NCBI GenBank assembly: GCA_037917685.1
Contig: JAVCBU010000003.1
Location: 160,001-224,000, forward strand
Origin: Thermoproteota archaeon
GTDB taxonomy: Archaea > Korarchaeota > Korarchaeia > Korarchaeales > JAOZGB01
Length of the DNA stretch: 64,000 nt
Direction of reading: 5' to 3'
The position numbers and the translations under genes were made by a program. Positions 1 to 9,719 of this stretch are shown piece after piece. Positions within the stretch are counted from its first letter, which is position 1. Every line of letters starts with the position of its first letter. Under the pieces are notes generated by a model. It did not search any database. It had not been told where the DNA came from and saw nothing but the letters and a program-made list of their open reading frames with translations.

Positions 1-360
1 AAAGTCGCCATACCAACAAACGATAAATTAATGGTCTCTGATAGGTTTGGCAGGTCAAATTACTTCACCATTCTCACCGTTGAGGGGGGTAGTGTTAAAT
101 CACGCGTCTATGTTGTAAACGAGGAGTATAAGGGTCACAGGCAACTTCACGAGATTCTTAAAGACTGTAATGCTGTGATCTGCCGGCATCTAGGTCCCAA
201 GATATTTGCAGAGCTTAAAGACAAAGGCATAGAAGTGTATCTTGTTAAAGAACCAGTTTCAATCGGTGAAGCTGTAGAAATGTTTATTAGTGGCAGGCTT
301 AAACCGGCAGAGAAGCCTGCTCCATGCGGTCTTAGGAAAAGAAACTCTTCACCCTCCTAA
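1..360 (+). CDS. NifB/NifX-family (FeMo-cofactor-binding-like) small protein, 5'-truncated by the window edge
   Basis: Frame is open from base 1 (KVAIPTNDKLMVSDRFGRSNYF); KVAIP...FGR and ICRHLGP are typical of the family. Confidence 0.8.
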   Translation, partial: KVAIPTNDKLMVSDRFGRSNYFTILTVEGGSVKSRVYVVNEEYKGHRQLHEILKDCNAVICRHLGPKIFAELKDKGIEVYLVKEPVSIGEAVEMFISGRLKPAEKPAPCGLRKRNSSPS

Positions 361-1147
361 ATATCAGCCTAGCCTGATACCATGATACAAAAGCGCAGAT
401 ATCCTCATACCTTTCAACATTGCTTAGATATCCACTGATCATGGAAACTCCTATTTTCGGGGACTTTAAACCATAAAGAAGGCATCTGCCGGCTACATAT
501 ACAGGATTATACCCTAACGCCTTCATCCCCTTCCCCCAGGTGAACGCTTTTCTATTGTTCATTATGGTTGGTCTTAAGAGTACATAGTTTATGTCCCCAT
601 ATACTCCGACATGTCTACCCTCCATCAGAGCCTTGTATACCGGGTAGTGCTCAAAACCATAGTTCTCAGGATACCTGAAGCCTATAGTTCCAAACCATTC
701 CGCGTCGAATATCCTACCGCTTCCTCTGACCCCTGGGAATTCTGTTTTCTCTCCTTTAAACGTTCCCGAGGCAATCACATCCTCGTTTTTCTTCATTCTT
801 TCGATAAGCCTTCTCACGTAATCCGGCGGATAATATGTGTCCGCCCCACTAACCATTACATAATCCGGATCGGTCTTATATGCCTCTGAGAATCCTATGT
901 TCAAAATTTTAGGTATCCATGGAGTTCCAATCCTGTTTTCCCTATGAGGAGGTAGATCTATTATTACATCTGCATATGCTTCAGCTATCTTCCTTGTGTT
1001 ATCAGTACTACCATCGTTGACCAGCATTAAAGTTACCCTGACACTCTGTTTTTTCAGGCTTGCCAGACATCTTCCTATAACAGACTCTTCGTTTCTTGCT
1101 GGAATCACACACGTGATATTATACTTGGCCGCTCCTATCTCCGACAC
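332..1147 (-). CDS. Glycosyltransferase family 2 (GT-A)
   Basis: VIPARNEE, VNDGSTDNT and ADT (DxD-like) motifs. Confidence 0.9.
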   Translation of the reverse strand: MSEIGAAKYNITCVIPARNEESVIGRCLASLKKQSVRVTLMLVNDGSTDNTRKIAEAYADVIIDLPPHRENRIGTPWIPKILNIGFSEAYKTDPDYVMVSGADTYYPPDYVRRLIERMKKNEDVIASGTFKGEKTEFPGVRGSGRIFDAEWFGTIGFRYPENYGFEHYPVYKALMEGRHVGVYGDINYVLLRPTIMNNRKAFTWGKGMKALGYNPVYVAGRCLLYGLKSPKIGVSMISGYLSNVERYEDICAFVSWYQARLIFRRVKSFFS

Positions 1148-2405
1148 CTATACAGTAATATTTCTGTTTGAAGATTCTTCCACGCCAGAGAGCTCTCCCA
1201 TCAACAATTAATTTTACATTTTGAGGTATTTCTATATGCTTATAGTTCTGGTGAGCGGTTACAACCACTATAACATTAGCCTCTTGCAGGAGGGGCTTGA
1301 GTCTTGCCCCTATCGCTCCAGTGAGTCTCTCTATCTCTTCGTTAGTGTAAAGGGGATCATTGCAGTAAACCTTCAATCCATGCTCTCTTAGGTATGAGAT
1401 TAATGGTAGTGCTGGAGAGTATCTATGCTCTTTAACCCCTGGCCTAAAGGCTAATCCCAAGACTCCAACTACCGGTTTGACTAGTCCTAGCTCTTTGCTG
1501 AGTTCAACCGTTCTTGAAGCCAGCTTTTCCGGCATTAGACTGTTAATCTCTCTTGCCATTTTTATCAGCTTGGTCTCAGCCTGGCTGATTATGAAATGAG
1601 GGTAGACAGGTATGCAGTGGCCGCCAACGCCTGCTCCAGCCTCATGTATGTGGCAGTAGGGCTGTGTGTTTGCTGCCAGCCTTACATCCCAGAAGTCTAT
1701 CCCCATCTGCTCGCATACAAGGGCAAGCTCGTTCGCAAGGGCGATATTTACATCTCTATATATGCCTTCGAAAACCTTTACTGCCTCGGCGGTCTTACAG
1801 TCCCTCACTATTATTATGCCCTTGGTGAAAACTTTCTCATACACTTCCTTTGTCTTCATGGCTGACTCGATGTTTATGCCGCCTATAATCTTCGGGTAGG
1901 TTTTAAAGTCCTTTAGGGCTCTTCCACTCATTACTCTTTCAGGAGCATGGGATACGTAAAAGTCTCTACCGGCCTTTAGACCTGTCCTTTCAAGTATTGG
2001 AACTAATACTTTCCTCGTAGTTCCAGGCGGCAGAGTGGTCTCAGTGACGTAGACGTCGCCGGGCTTAAGTCCCTTGGCTATACTTTCTGTAGCCTCTATA
2101 AGATATGTAAAGTCTGGCTGGCCGTTACTGGAAAGGATGAGAGGCACCGCCACGATTTTAAAATTAGAGTTTCGCGATGCCCATATTCCATCGACGGTAG
2201 CGGTAAACATACCCTTTGAAACAGCCTTCCTTAGAATCTCATCCACTCCAGGCTCATCGATGTGGGCTGTTCCCTGGTTCAGCTTTTCAACAACCTCCAG
2301 GTTCTTGTCAACCCCTATAACCTTGTATCCTGTCTCTAGAAATGCGCATGCCAGAGGAAGCCCGACCTTCCCCAGGCCGAAGATAGAGATTACTGTTTCA
2401 CGCAT
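1119..2405 (-). CDS. wecC: Nucleotide-sugar dehydrogenase (UDP-N-acetyl-D-mannosamine/glucosamine dehydrogenase type)
   Basis: GLGKVG Rossmann motif, PERV, KVFE..YRDVNIALANEL, catalytic GVGGHCIPV. Confidence 0.85.
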   Translation of the reverse strand: MRETVISIFGLGKVGLPLACAFLETGYKVIGVDKNLEVVEKLNQGTAHIDEPGVDEILRKAVSKGMFTATVDGIWASRNSNFKIVAVPLILSSNGQPDFTYLIEATESIAKGLKPGDVYVTETTLPPGTTRKVLVPILERTGLKAGRDFYVSHAPERVMSGRALKDFKTYPKIIGGINIESAMKTKEVYEKVFTKGIIIVRDCKTAEAVKVFEGIYRDVNIALANELALVCEQMGIDFWDVRLAANTQPYCHIHEAGAGVGGHCIPVYPHFIISQAETKLIKMAREINSLMPEKLASRTVELSKELGLVKPVVGVLGLAFRPGVKEHRYSPALPLISYLREHGLKVYCNDPLYTNEEIERLTGAIGARLKPLLQEANVIVVVTAHQNYKHIEIPQNVKLIVDGRALWRGRIFKQKYYCIGVGDRSGQV

Positions 2406-2497
2406 CTATTATCCCTCACACTAATCCCAAACCTCCCATGGTAAACCTAAAATGTTCTCATTCATAAGGGACGACCTATCTGAAAGTTACGCTTATG

Positions 2498-3535
2498 TCA
2501 TAAGAACCTTTCTATCAGATTTATTACTGTTGGAATCGGGGATTCAAGCTTTTCTAAGAGCTTTGAGGTGTCAACCCTGTATTTCCCGGGGTTTTTCATG
2601 ATCTTCCTCGACTCCTCCAGTACGAGTTTAGGATCTGAAATGTACTTTACGGGAAATCCGTTGCTATGCAGAAACCTAAGGGATGGTGTCCAGAAGTGGT
2701 AGCTTATAGTAGGCGTACCCTGGAGAGCTGCCTCGGACGCCATGGTCCCCCCTGACGAAATGAAAAGGTCTACACAGCCTAGAAGCTCAGGCGTATATAC
2801 TACCTTTTTCAAAATATAGACGTTAGGTATCTCTTCGAATTTTTCTATCTCCTCTCCGTATCTCGGAATGTACACTACTTTATAGGACGATGCAAGCTCT
2901 GAAACAAGTCTATATAGCGGGAACTTTCTACTATAGTAGGAAGCCTTGTACTCTGGACCTCTTACAACTATAACCCTCTCATCTTTAAACCCAATATCCT
3001 CTAGAACCCTTGTTTTAGACACGTCGCCCGGGCTGACCCATGCGGTTTCCTCAACCCCATTATAGGTTTTAATGTTCTCCTCTGGAGCTCCATACCTTAT
3101 CCACACCTCCTTACCACATGCACTAGGGGTAACAAGATAATTAGAAAGTGGAACTGTAAGCTTACAGACAGCGGTATTATATGGGGTGTCATTGCAGTAG
3201 ACTATTGGAATCGAAAGGCCGAATGCAACCCTAATACCAGCTACCTCGCCATGCGTCCACCACACCCTCGGAAGCCCGTACCTGTCTATAACCTTGAGAA
3301 GCGCCTGCATCCTGCTTATCGAAGCTTCAAGCTTTTCTCTTCTCCCCCCTCCACCGTACGTGCCAGCCTTAATGTAGGATAGGTGGAGCGTGTCAGCCAA
3401 GGCTATAGTCTGAGTTTCATCTCTAACTATCAATAGAGACTCAACACCCATTCTCATAAGCTTCTCTTGAATCACCATTGCGAATATTACATGCTTAGGA
3501 GTCCCTGCATCAAGGAAGACATCGTATTTCCCCAC
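2498..3535 (-). CDS. DUF354-family protein (predicted GT-B glycosyltransferase-like)
   Basis: D..TPKHV N-terminus, YNGVEE, GGTMASEAALQGTPTIS; clustered with sugar genes. Confidence 0.8.
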   Translation of the reverse strand: MGKYDVFLDAGTPKHVIFAMVIQEKLMRMGVESLLIVRDETQTIALADTLHLSYIKAGTYGGGGRREKLEASISRMQALLKVIDRYGLPRVWWTHGEVAGIRVAFGLSIPIVYCNDTPYNTAVCKLTVPLSNYLVTPSACGKEVWIRYGAPEENIKTYNGVEETAWVSPGDVSKTRVLEDIGFKDERVIVVRGPEYKASYYSRKFPLYRLVSELASSYKVVYIPRYGEEIEKFEEIPNVYILKKVVYTPELLGCVDLFISSGGTMASEAALQGTPTISYHFWTPSLRFLHSNGFPVKYISDPKLVLEESRKIMKNPGKYRVDTSKLLEKLESPIPTVINLIERFL

Positions 3536-3620
3536 TTAACCCCGGGATTTAAAGGATGAAAAGCCTTAAAAATATACTCAACAGCCTACATTTAAATACC
3601 ACAATCAGAAGGATATCCAT

Positions 3621-4718
3621 GTGGACAGAATAACAAGACGGTTATTTCTTAAACTTTCAGCCCTAACAGCTATTGGAGTGTCAGCTGTGGTGCTAACAAA
3701 GAAAATCTCATCATTACTTAGGAAGATGCCTCAAACAGAGCCTCCTAGTCCCCTGGAGAAAACTATGGCTCCTCCAACTACAAGCCTGCCGACGTTCACA
3801 TCCCCACCTAGGGGCTCCGATGGAATCGTATCTGTTGTGAGAGGGTTAAACGTTGAAGAAATGCTTAATAAAAGCCTAGAGCTAATAGGCTTCAAAGATA
3901 AGGTTAGCGTAAGGGGGAAGAAGGTTCTTGTTAAACCCAATGTGAACAGTAACGATCCAAGCCCGTTCACTACAAACCCAAGTCTTGTCAAAGCTGTGAT
4001 AAAATATCTATATGATTCTGGGGCTTCAGAGGTTACAGTAGCTGATCTTTCAGGCATCCCATGGCAGCCTACATCCAAATGCTTCAAAGCTACGGGAATC
4101 GAAAGTGCAGCCCTAGAAGCACAGGCTAATATAGTAGCTCTTGACAACACAGACTGGGTTAAAATAAGTCTTGAGGGAGCAGAATATCTTAAAGAGGTCA
4201 GAATTCCAACCATAATCGATGAATACGATATCCTGGTGTCTCTACCAGTAGTTAAAACGCATAGGTACGCCTCGTACACTATGTCCCTTAAAAACATGGT
4301 TGGCTTTGTGAGCAACGATGACAGATACTTTATGCATAACTCAGACTACCTTGAAGAAATGATCGCAGAACTCAACCTAGCTTTTAAACCAGAACTTATT
4401 GTCATGGATGGGACAAAATCCCTTGTTTCCGGGGGACCCACCTCCGGAGACGTTGTAGAGACGAATCTCCTTGTCTCAGGCTTTAATAGGGTTGCAGTTG
4501 ATGTTGTCGGTCTTTCAATTGTAAAATATTACGATATGTGGCCAAAAGTATCCAGTAAAAACGTCTGGAGACAGAGGCAGATTATCCGTGCCATAGAGAT
4601 TGGCATCGGAATTGAAAGGGATAAGGTGGGCGTGGAATTTGAAACACTTATCCCAGATGACATAGAATTTGAAGAGTTAAAACATGCAATTGTGCAGTAT
4701 CTATTAGAACCTCTATAA
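3621..4718 (+). CDS. DUF362-domain protein with twin-arginine (Tat) signal
   Basis: TRRLFLK plus hydrophobic stretch; VLVKPN, TNP, PVVKTH, TMSLKNMVG. Confidence 0.8.
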   Translation: MDRITRRLFLKLSALTAIGVSAVVLTKKISSLLRKMPQTEPPSPLEKTMAPPTTSLPTFTSPPRGSDGIVSVVRGLNVEEMLNKSLELIGFKDKVSVRGKKVLVKPNVNSNDPSPFTTNPSLVKAVIKYLYDSGASEVTVADLSGIPWQPTSKCFKATGIESAALEAQANIVALDNTDWVKISLEGAEYLKEVRIPTIIDEYDILVSLPVVKTHRYASYTMSLKNMVGFVSNDDRYFMHNSDYLEEMIAELNLAFKPELIVMDGTKSLVSGGPTSGDVVETNLLVSGFNRVAVDVVGLSIVKYYDMWPKVSSKNVWRQRQIIRAIEIGIGIERDKVGVEFETLIPDDIEFEELKHAIVQYLLEPL

Positions 4719-4720
4719 GG

Positions 4721-5038
4721 GTGGTAAGGTTGGTAGTGGCAGAGATAACAGTGGTCCCCGTAGGGTCTGGTACTAGTCTAAGCAAATACGTAGCGGAATG
4801 TATTAGGGAGATAGGGAAGTCTGGGTTGAAGTATAAGGTGACACCTACAGCCACAATTGTCGAGGGAAGCCTAGATGAGGTATTAGCCCTAATCAAGAGG
4901 GTTCACGAAGCCCCATTTAAACATGGGGTGAAGAGAGTCTTCACCGTCATAAAGATAGACGACAGGAGGGATAAAGCTCTCTCCATGAGCGGGAAAATAG
5001 AGAGTATTAAAACTAGGCTTCCAGAAGCAAAGATATAG
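4721..5038 (+). CDS. MTH1187/YkoF-like thiamine-binding protein
   Basis: EITVVPVGSGTSLSKYVAE...RVFTVIKIDDRRDK. Confidence 0.9.
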   Translation: MVRLVVAEITVVPVGSGTSLSKYVAECIREIGKSGLKYKVTPTATIVEGSLDEVLALIKRVHEAPFKHGVKRVFTVIKIDDRRDKALSMSGKIESIKTRLPEAKI

Positions 5039-5108
5039 GGAAGGCTGATTCAACAAACATTGAACCAATAGAAACCTATTTTAAACGTAGCAGTCCAACT
5101 AGGATCTG

Positions 5109-7331
5109 ATGAAAATAAGGATACTCACCCCTTTAATAGTACTCCTATTGCTGTCGTTTTCATACTGGAAGATAAGGGAGAAGGCAGGAACCGAAACACC
5201 CGTCAATCCAGAGTCGCCTGAACCAACGGCTACCCCTACATCGGAGTTTAAAGAGTACTTCCCATCCCAGTTTGAACCTGAAAGTCTATCATACACTCCA
5301 AATGCGCCACAGTATCAGCTCCCCCTTGAACCTGTGTTGATCGAGAACTATGACAAGTTTCTCGAGTATATCCCACTCTCAGACGGCGCAATAGATAATA
5401 TAAGACAGTACGGCTTCACGATAATAGCCTCTCCCCACGATGACATAATTGAGGCCTGCAGGGACGTGAGTATGAGGGGAATACCCCTATACGTTACTGT
5501 TGACACAGTTCTGCATGTCTACCACATCCTATTTGATAACACCCTCCAGCAGATCGAGGAGGAAAGGTTCTACATGCTCCTAGAAGACCTTACTAAAAGC
5601 ATGCTGTCATCGATGGCTAACGAATACGAGGCAGCAACGGATCCTAGGCTTAAAGAAGCAGCGAGAAGAAACGTAGCCTTCTTCAGCGTTGCCCTATCCT
5701 TACTTAACCCGGACCACCATCCACCCGACTATGTTAAAAACGAGGTTGAAGGCGAGTTAGAACTTATAGGGGAGCACAGCGGTTTCTCCCCTAGTCCAAT
5801 ATTCCATTACAGGGAGGATTACAGCCAGTACGTGCCAAGAGGCCATTATACGAGGAGTGAAAAGCTTGGAAGATACTTCAAGTGTATGATGTGGTACGGA
5901 AGGATGGCATTCCTACTCAAAGGCTGTGAAGAATGCTTTGTTTCAAAAGAAGACGCCGAAATAGCTACAATCCAGGCCATAATGATCTCAGACAAGCTTT
6001 ACAAGGTTGACGTTAAGGGTAGAAACGCCATGGACATATGGCTTGAAATATACCAGGTGACATCTTTCATGGTAGGCTATGCAGACGACCTTACACCCAT
6101 CGAATACAAGCAAGCAGTAGACAGCCTTTACAACGGAAACTTCACCCTTGAAATGTTAGCCAGCAGCGAGGTACTTCTAAACATAAAAGCCGTACTCGCC
6201 CAAATGAGAAATCCAGAGATCTACGGTGGAACAGGAAGATGTAATGTAGAGCCGCCTATAACTGAGGAAAAACTCGACGAATGCCTCTCCAAAAGTAAGG
6301 GTATGAGGTTCATGAGTCAGAGATACGTGCCAGACTCGTACATCTTTCAAAGGCTTGTAGCCCCCTCCGTAGGGGCATATAGAGGCAGCGGTAAACCATT
6401 CACCATGGAATACACCGCACTCGGGCCTGCAAGGGTGTTCCCAAGGGGGCTAGACCTGATGGCTGTTCTAGGCTCAGACCTCGCGCTTGAAATACTGCAA
6501 GAGGAGGGGGACACTGAATACGAAAGGTACATGGATAAGATGTCTCAGCTCAGAGACGAGTTTTCATCCCTAACATGGCAGAATTGGCATAGAAACCTGT
6601 ACTGGTCATGGCTATACTCTCTAAAACCCCTCCTAGAAGAGTACGGAGACGGGTATCCAACCTACATGCAGACAAGGATGTGGGGTAAGCGTCTCCTGCA
6701 GACAGCGTTAGCCTCATGGGTGGAGCTAAGACATGACACAATCCTCTACGCCAAGCAAAGCTACACCCTGGTGTCGACTGCTGTTCCACCAGGCCCTGAA
6801 CCAGCAGGGTACGTTGAGCCAATTCCAGAGCTCTATAAGAGGCTGTCAGACCTGGCGAAAATGACCTGTAACGGCCTTAATGAGATGAATATTATTAATG
6901 AAACTGTATATGCAAAGTTCAAGTCTCTTGCAGATATACTTGACAAGCTTACTCAGATCTCGATTAAAGAACTGGAGTCCCAAGAGCTATCACCAGACGA
7001 ATACAACTTTATAGAGGCGCTTCCAGACCTGCTTGAAGGCATATGCACAGGTTATAAGGCTGAAACCCTCAAGACAACACTGGTAGCAGACGTACATACG
7101 GATATAAATACTGAAACCGTCCTTGAGGAGGCCATCGGGTACGTAGACCTTATTATAGTTGCGGTTAAACTCCCCGATGGAAAGATTATAATGATGGCTG
7201 GCCCAGTCCTATCATACTATGAGTTTAAACATCCTCTAAGCAGTAGACTTACGGATGAGGCATGGAGAGAAATATTAGACCAAAACCCGCCTGAAAGACC
7301 AAAATGGGCCTCCACGCTTCTAGGCGAGTAA
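5109..7331 (+). CDS. DUF3160-domain secreted/membrane-anchored protein
   Basis: EDYSQYVPRGHYT, ALASWVELRHDTILYAKQSY, GYVEP, GPVLSYYEF, RLTDEAW; N-terminal anchor. Confidence 0.9.
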   Translation: MKIRILTPLIVLLLLSFSYWKIREKAGTETPVNPESPEPTATPTSEFKEYFPSQFEPESLSYTPNAPQYQLPLEPVLIENYDKFLEYIPLSDGAIDNIRQYGFTIIASPHDDIIEACRDVSMRGIPLYVTVDTVLHVYHILFDNTLQQIEEERFYMLLEDLTKSMLSSMANEYEAATDPRLKEAARRNVAFFSVALSLLNPDHHPPDYVKNEVEGELELIGEHSGFSPSPIFHYREDYSQYVPRGHYTRSEKLGRYFKCMMWYGRMAFLLKGCEECFVSKEDAEIATIQAIMISDKLYKVDVKGRNAMDIWLEIYQVTSFMVGYADDLTPIEYKQAVDSLYNGNFTLEMLASSEVLLNIKAVLAQMRNPEIYGGTGRCNVEPPITEEKLDECLSKSKGMRFMSQRYVPDSYIFQRLVAPSVGAYRGSGKPFTMEYTALGPARVFPRGLDLMAVLGSDLALEILQEEGDTEYERYMDKMSQLRDEFSSLTWQNWHRNLYWSWLYSLKPLLEEYGDGYPTYMQTRMWGKRLLQTALASWVELRHDTILYAKQSYTLVSTAVPPGPEPAGYVEPIPELYKRLSDLAKMTCNGLNEMNIINETVYAKFKSLADILDKLTQISIKELESQELSPDEYNFIEALPDLLEGICTGYKAETLKTTLVADVHTDINTETVLEEAIGYVDLIIVAVKLPDGKIIMMAGPVLSYYEFKHPLSSRLTDEAWREILDQNPPERPKWASTLLGE
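7302..7329 (+). repeat. Direct repeat copy 1 (3' end of the DUF3160 gene)
   Basis: aaatgggcctccacgcttctaggcgagt matches 8611-8638 at 25/28, with an 18-bp exact core. Confidence 0.8.
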
Positions 7332-7544
7332 CAACATTCTTCCCACCTTTTATTCTTTCATTGTAAGCCGGAGGATGAAAGTCGACATGGGAACTAGTAA
7401 TTGAGGAATAGCTGGCTTTTAGGAGTCGATAGGGCCTATGAAATAGCAGAAATTGACGGGAAACCTTGCAGACTATGGTTAAAATACCAAAGCTTAGACG
7501 TCCGGTTCCGCGGTTAGAGTATTGTTAGAAAATAGCATGGACGG

Positions 7545-7979
7545 TTAGATTTGTCTTCCCCGTTTGCATATAATCCATCCATGCTTGAATCTTTTTATGA
7601 TGTTTGTCTTCTTCATTTTCATGAATATCTCACGCATTTCCACTACTGTTCCATCGTCGTATAGGATTATTCCGTCGTCCATTGCGTAAAGCGCTGTTGG
7701 ATGTGTGTGTTTAAGCATTCTCCTAAACTCTCTCGGTGTATATGCAAGGCATTCTATTGGAGCTGTAGTGTCGTTAAGCTCAGCCATCACCTTAAGTCTC
7801 TCATCTAGGCTTTCAGGTAGATTCTTAGCTATAACGATAATGTCTATGTCACTTCCAACCCCATAGTCTCCCCTGGCCATGGACCCGTATAGGATGATGG
7901 TGTTAGGCTTAAACGAGGCGACGATCTTTCCTATAAACCTTTCAATGTCCTCTTTATGCGGTATGTTGGGAATCTTCAA
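7545..7979 (-). CDS. Minimal nucleotidyltransferase (MNT-type antitoxin)
   Basis: IILYGSMARGDY..GSDIDII; YTPREF. Confidence 0.9.
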   Translation of the reverse strand: MKIPNIPHKEDIERFIGKIVASFKPNTIILYGSMARGDYGVGSDIDIIVIAKNLPESLDERLKVMAELNDTTAPIECLAYTPREFRRMLKHTHPTALYAMDDGIILYDDGTVVEMREIFMKMKKTNIIKRFKHGWIICKRGRQI

Positions 7980-8010
7980 TAGTAGCCACCTTACTCTTCA
8001 CAAACTGCGT

Positions 8011-8266
8011 TTACATACCTGGTTGGGATAGCTGGCTGACTAGCTCTGTTACATCTTTCTCAATTATACTACGAGGTGCGTCATACTCATCTACAAGCTT
8101 TACTATCGCCTCGTCGAAAGATAATCCGCTGAGCACGTATTCAACCGCCTTAGCAGCAGTCTCATTAAAGTATCTCTCCCAGAATAGGTTCCTTTTAGAA
8201 CCCCTTTAATGTGGAAGTCATCCGCAACCGTATTTTCCCTTCTAAAAATAGGTGGGGAGGGTTCAA
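8011..8266 (-). pseudogene. PqqD/RiPP recognition element (RRE) family protein, frameshifted
   Basis: Manual translation YFNETAAKAVEYVLSGLSFDEAIVKLVDEYDAPRSIIEKDVTELVSQL; probable TTG start at 8266 with AGGTGG upstream; span is 85 codons plus 1 nt. Confidence 0.65.
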
Positions 8267-8418
8267 TATCGCCACCTGATCGTTGCGTGTATATCAGCGG
8301 ACAGAGAATTCCACCTCACAATAGGTTGTATTACAGCAGATTTGCTACAGTATGCACAGCCTCCTATATCTCTTGTAGGGAACCTCGCAGCCGAAGGCTT
8401 TACCAATTTCCGCTTCAT
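8263..8418 (-). CDS. 51-aa Cys-containing peptide, candidate RiPP precursor
   Basis: MKRKLVKPSAARFPTRDIGGCAYCSKSAVIQPIVRWNSLSADIHATIRWRY*; its stop overlaps the RRE start (TTGA). Confidence 0.45.
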   Translation of the reverse strand: MKRKLVKPSAARFPTRDIGGCAYCSKSAVIQPIVRWNSLSADIHATIRWRY

Positions 8419-8610
8419 AGTAATCATACATATAACTAGTCAAGATATATGTTTCCATATGTCATATACACGCCTATACAAGGTTCTGTTAGAGGCCTAT
8501 CGTATCCGGGGGACTTTACATGTGAAGCATGGAATTATTACAGCCTCCCCATGCTTAGGACAGGCAGTTTTCCGCTTGTTCTCATCTTCCGTAATTCTTT
8601 GGTCCTAGTC

Positions 8611-8638
8611 AAATGGTCTCCCACGCTTCTAGGCGAGT
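8611..8638 (+). repeat. Direct repeat copy 2
   Basis: aaatggtctcccacgcttctaggcgagt; encodes KWSPTLLGE versus KWASTLLGE at the DUF3160 C-terminus. Confidence 0.8.
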
Positions 8639-8702
8639 GGCACTCAGCTCTTCAGCTTTCAGTATATAATCATTTTATCATTCCAAAGCAGAGTTATATG
8701 GT

Positions 8703-9596
8703 TTGGTGGGTGGGGTGAATTTCAAACTCGCCGTTAGCCTCCTTTTAAACATCATACTCCTCTCCACCCTGCTTAATCTCTACATCGTGAACCAGAGACT
8801 GAAAGCAGATGTTGAACTAGTAGCCGAGCAGAACCGGAATCTTTCGATGGAGGTTGACAGACTTATGAAGCAGGTTGAAATATTGAATCTAAAGATAAAA
8901 TACTACGAGGACATAGCCAAGCAGGGAAACGCCTTTGTACCATACGGGGAAGTCGTAGGCTCATCAGAGATGTACGTCTCAGCCGTTAGGACGGTATCCT
9001 ACGGCTTCTTCAACTATGAATACGAAGGTGTAATACTTATACTTAAAGTGGAGCTGAGGGAGGGTGAAGGCCGAGTACTCGTGAACACGAAGCCAAAGAT
9101 AGGGATAGAACTCCAAGCGAGCGCTGAAGAAGCATTCCTCGCCGCGGAGAAATATCTAGCTGTAAACCTGTCCAGCTACGATGTGATCATTACCATAGAG
9201 GCAGGTGAGCCTGTTGAAATAGTAGACGGCCCAAGCATAGGCTCAGCAATAGCTGTGTCCATAGTCTCAGCATACACCGGGAAACCAGTACGGGGAAATG
9301 CCATTGTAACCGGAACAATCAGCAGGGACGGGCGTATAGGTCCAGTAGGCGGAGTCGCGGAGAAAGCCATTGCAGCAGCGGAGCAAGGCATGGAACTATT
9401 CATCGTCCCAAGAGGCCAAGAGTACGTTACAATCTCAGTCCCCAGAACATATAAGGCAGGCCCAGGCATAACCATAACATACTACGAGTACAGACAGGTC
9501 TCCCTCCAAGAATACATTCTAAGCCACGGCTACAACATGACTGTAACATCAGTTTCAACCCTATCAGAGCTTGTAGAACTATTAATAAGCGGATAA
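8703..9596 (+). CDS. Membrane-anchored Lon-protease-like (S16) serine protease without ATPase domain
   Basis: N-terminal TM and coiled coil; VDGPSIG (Ser) and TGTI...GPVGGVAEKA (Lys) dyad. Confidence 0.85.
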   Translation: MVGGVNFKLAVSLLLNIILLSTLLNLYIVNQRLKADVELVAEQNRNLSMEVDRLMKQVEILNLKIKYYEDIAKQGNAFVPYGEVVGSSEMYVSAVRTVSYGFFNYEYEGVILILKVELREGEGRVLVNTKPKIGIELQASAEEAFLAAEKYLAVNLSSYDVIITIEAGEPVEIVDGPSIGSAIAVSIVSAYTGKPVRGNAIVTGTISRDGRIGPVGGVAEKAIAAAEQGMELFIVPRGQEYVTISVPRTYKAGPGITITYYEYRQVSLQEYILSHGYNMTVTSVSTLSELVELLISG

Positions 9597-9604
9597 CAAA
9601 ATCC

Positions 9605-9644
9605 AACCTTAACAAACTCATACATCCATGAGTTTGTTAAGGTT
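9605..9644. terminator. Perfect 17-bp inverted repeat just downstream of the protease gene
   Basis: aaccttaacaaactcat-acatcc-atgagtttgttaaggtt; terminator function is inferred. Confidence 0.5.
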
Positions 9645-9658
9645 ATTGAGGTGTTTGT

Positions 9659-9719
9659 TATTGACACTCCCAATCTCCAGGACAAAACCTCCCGACTTTA
9701 GTCGTGGGGAGTGTCAATA
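9659..9719. mobile_element. IS200/IS605-type end remnant / miniature palindromic element
   Basis: 13-bp terminal IR (tattgacactccc / gggagtgtcaata) enclosing the hairpin cctcccgactttagtcgtgggg followed by tgtcaa. Confidence 0.55.

Noticed and set aside
8209-8718. Plus-strand ORFs 8209-8439, 8252-8608 and 8449-8718
   Set aside because: No recognisable motifs; the minus-strand peptide/RRE reading explains the region better
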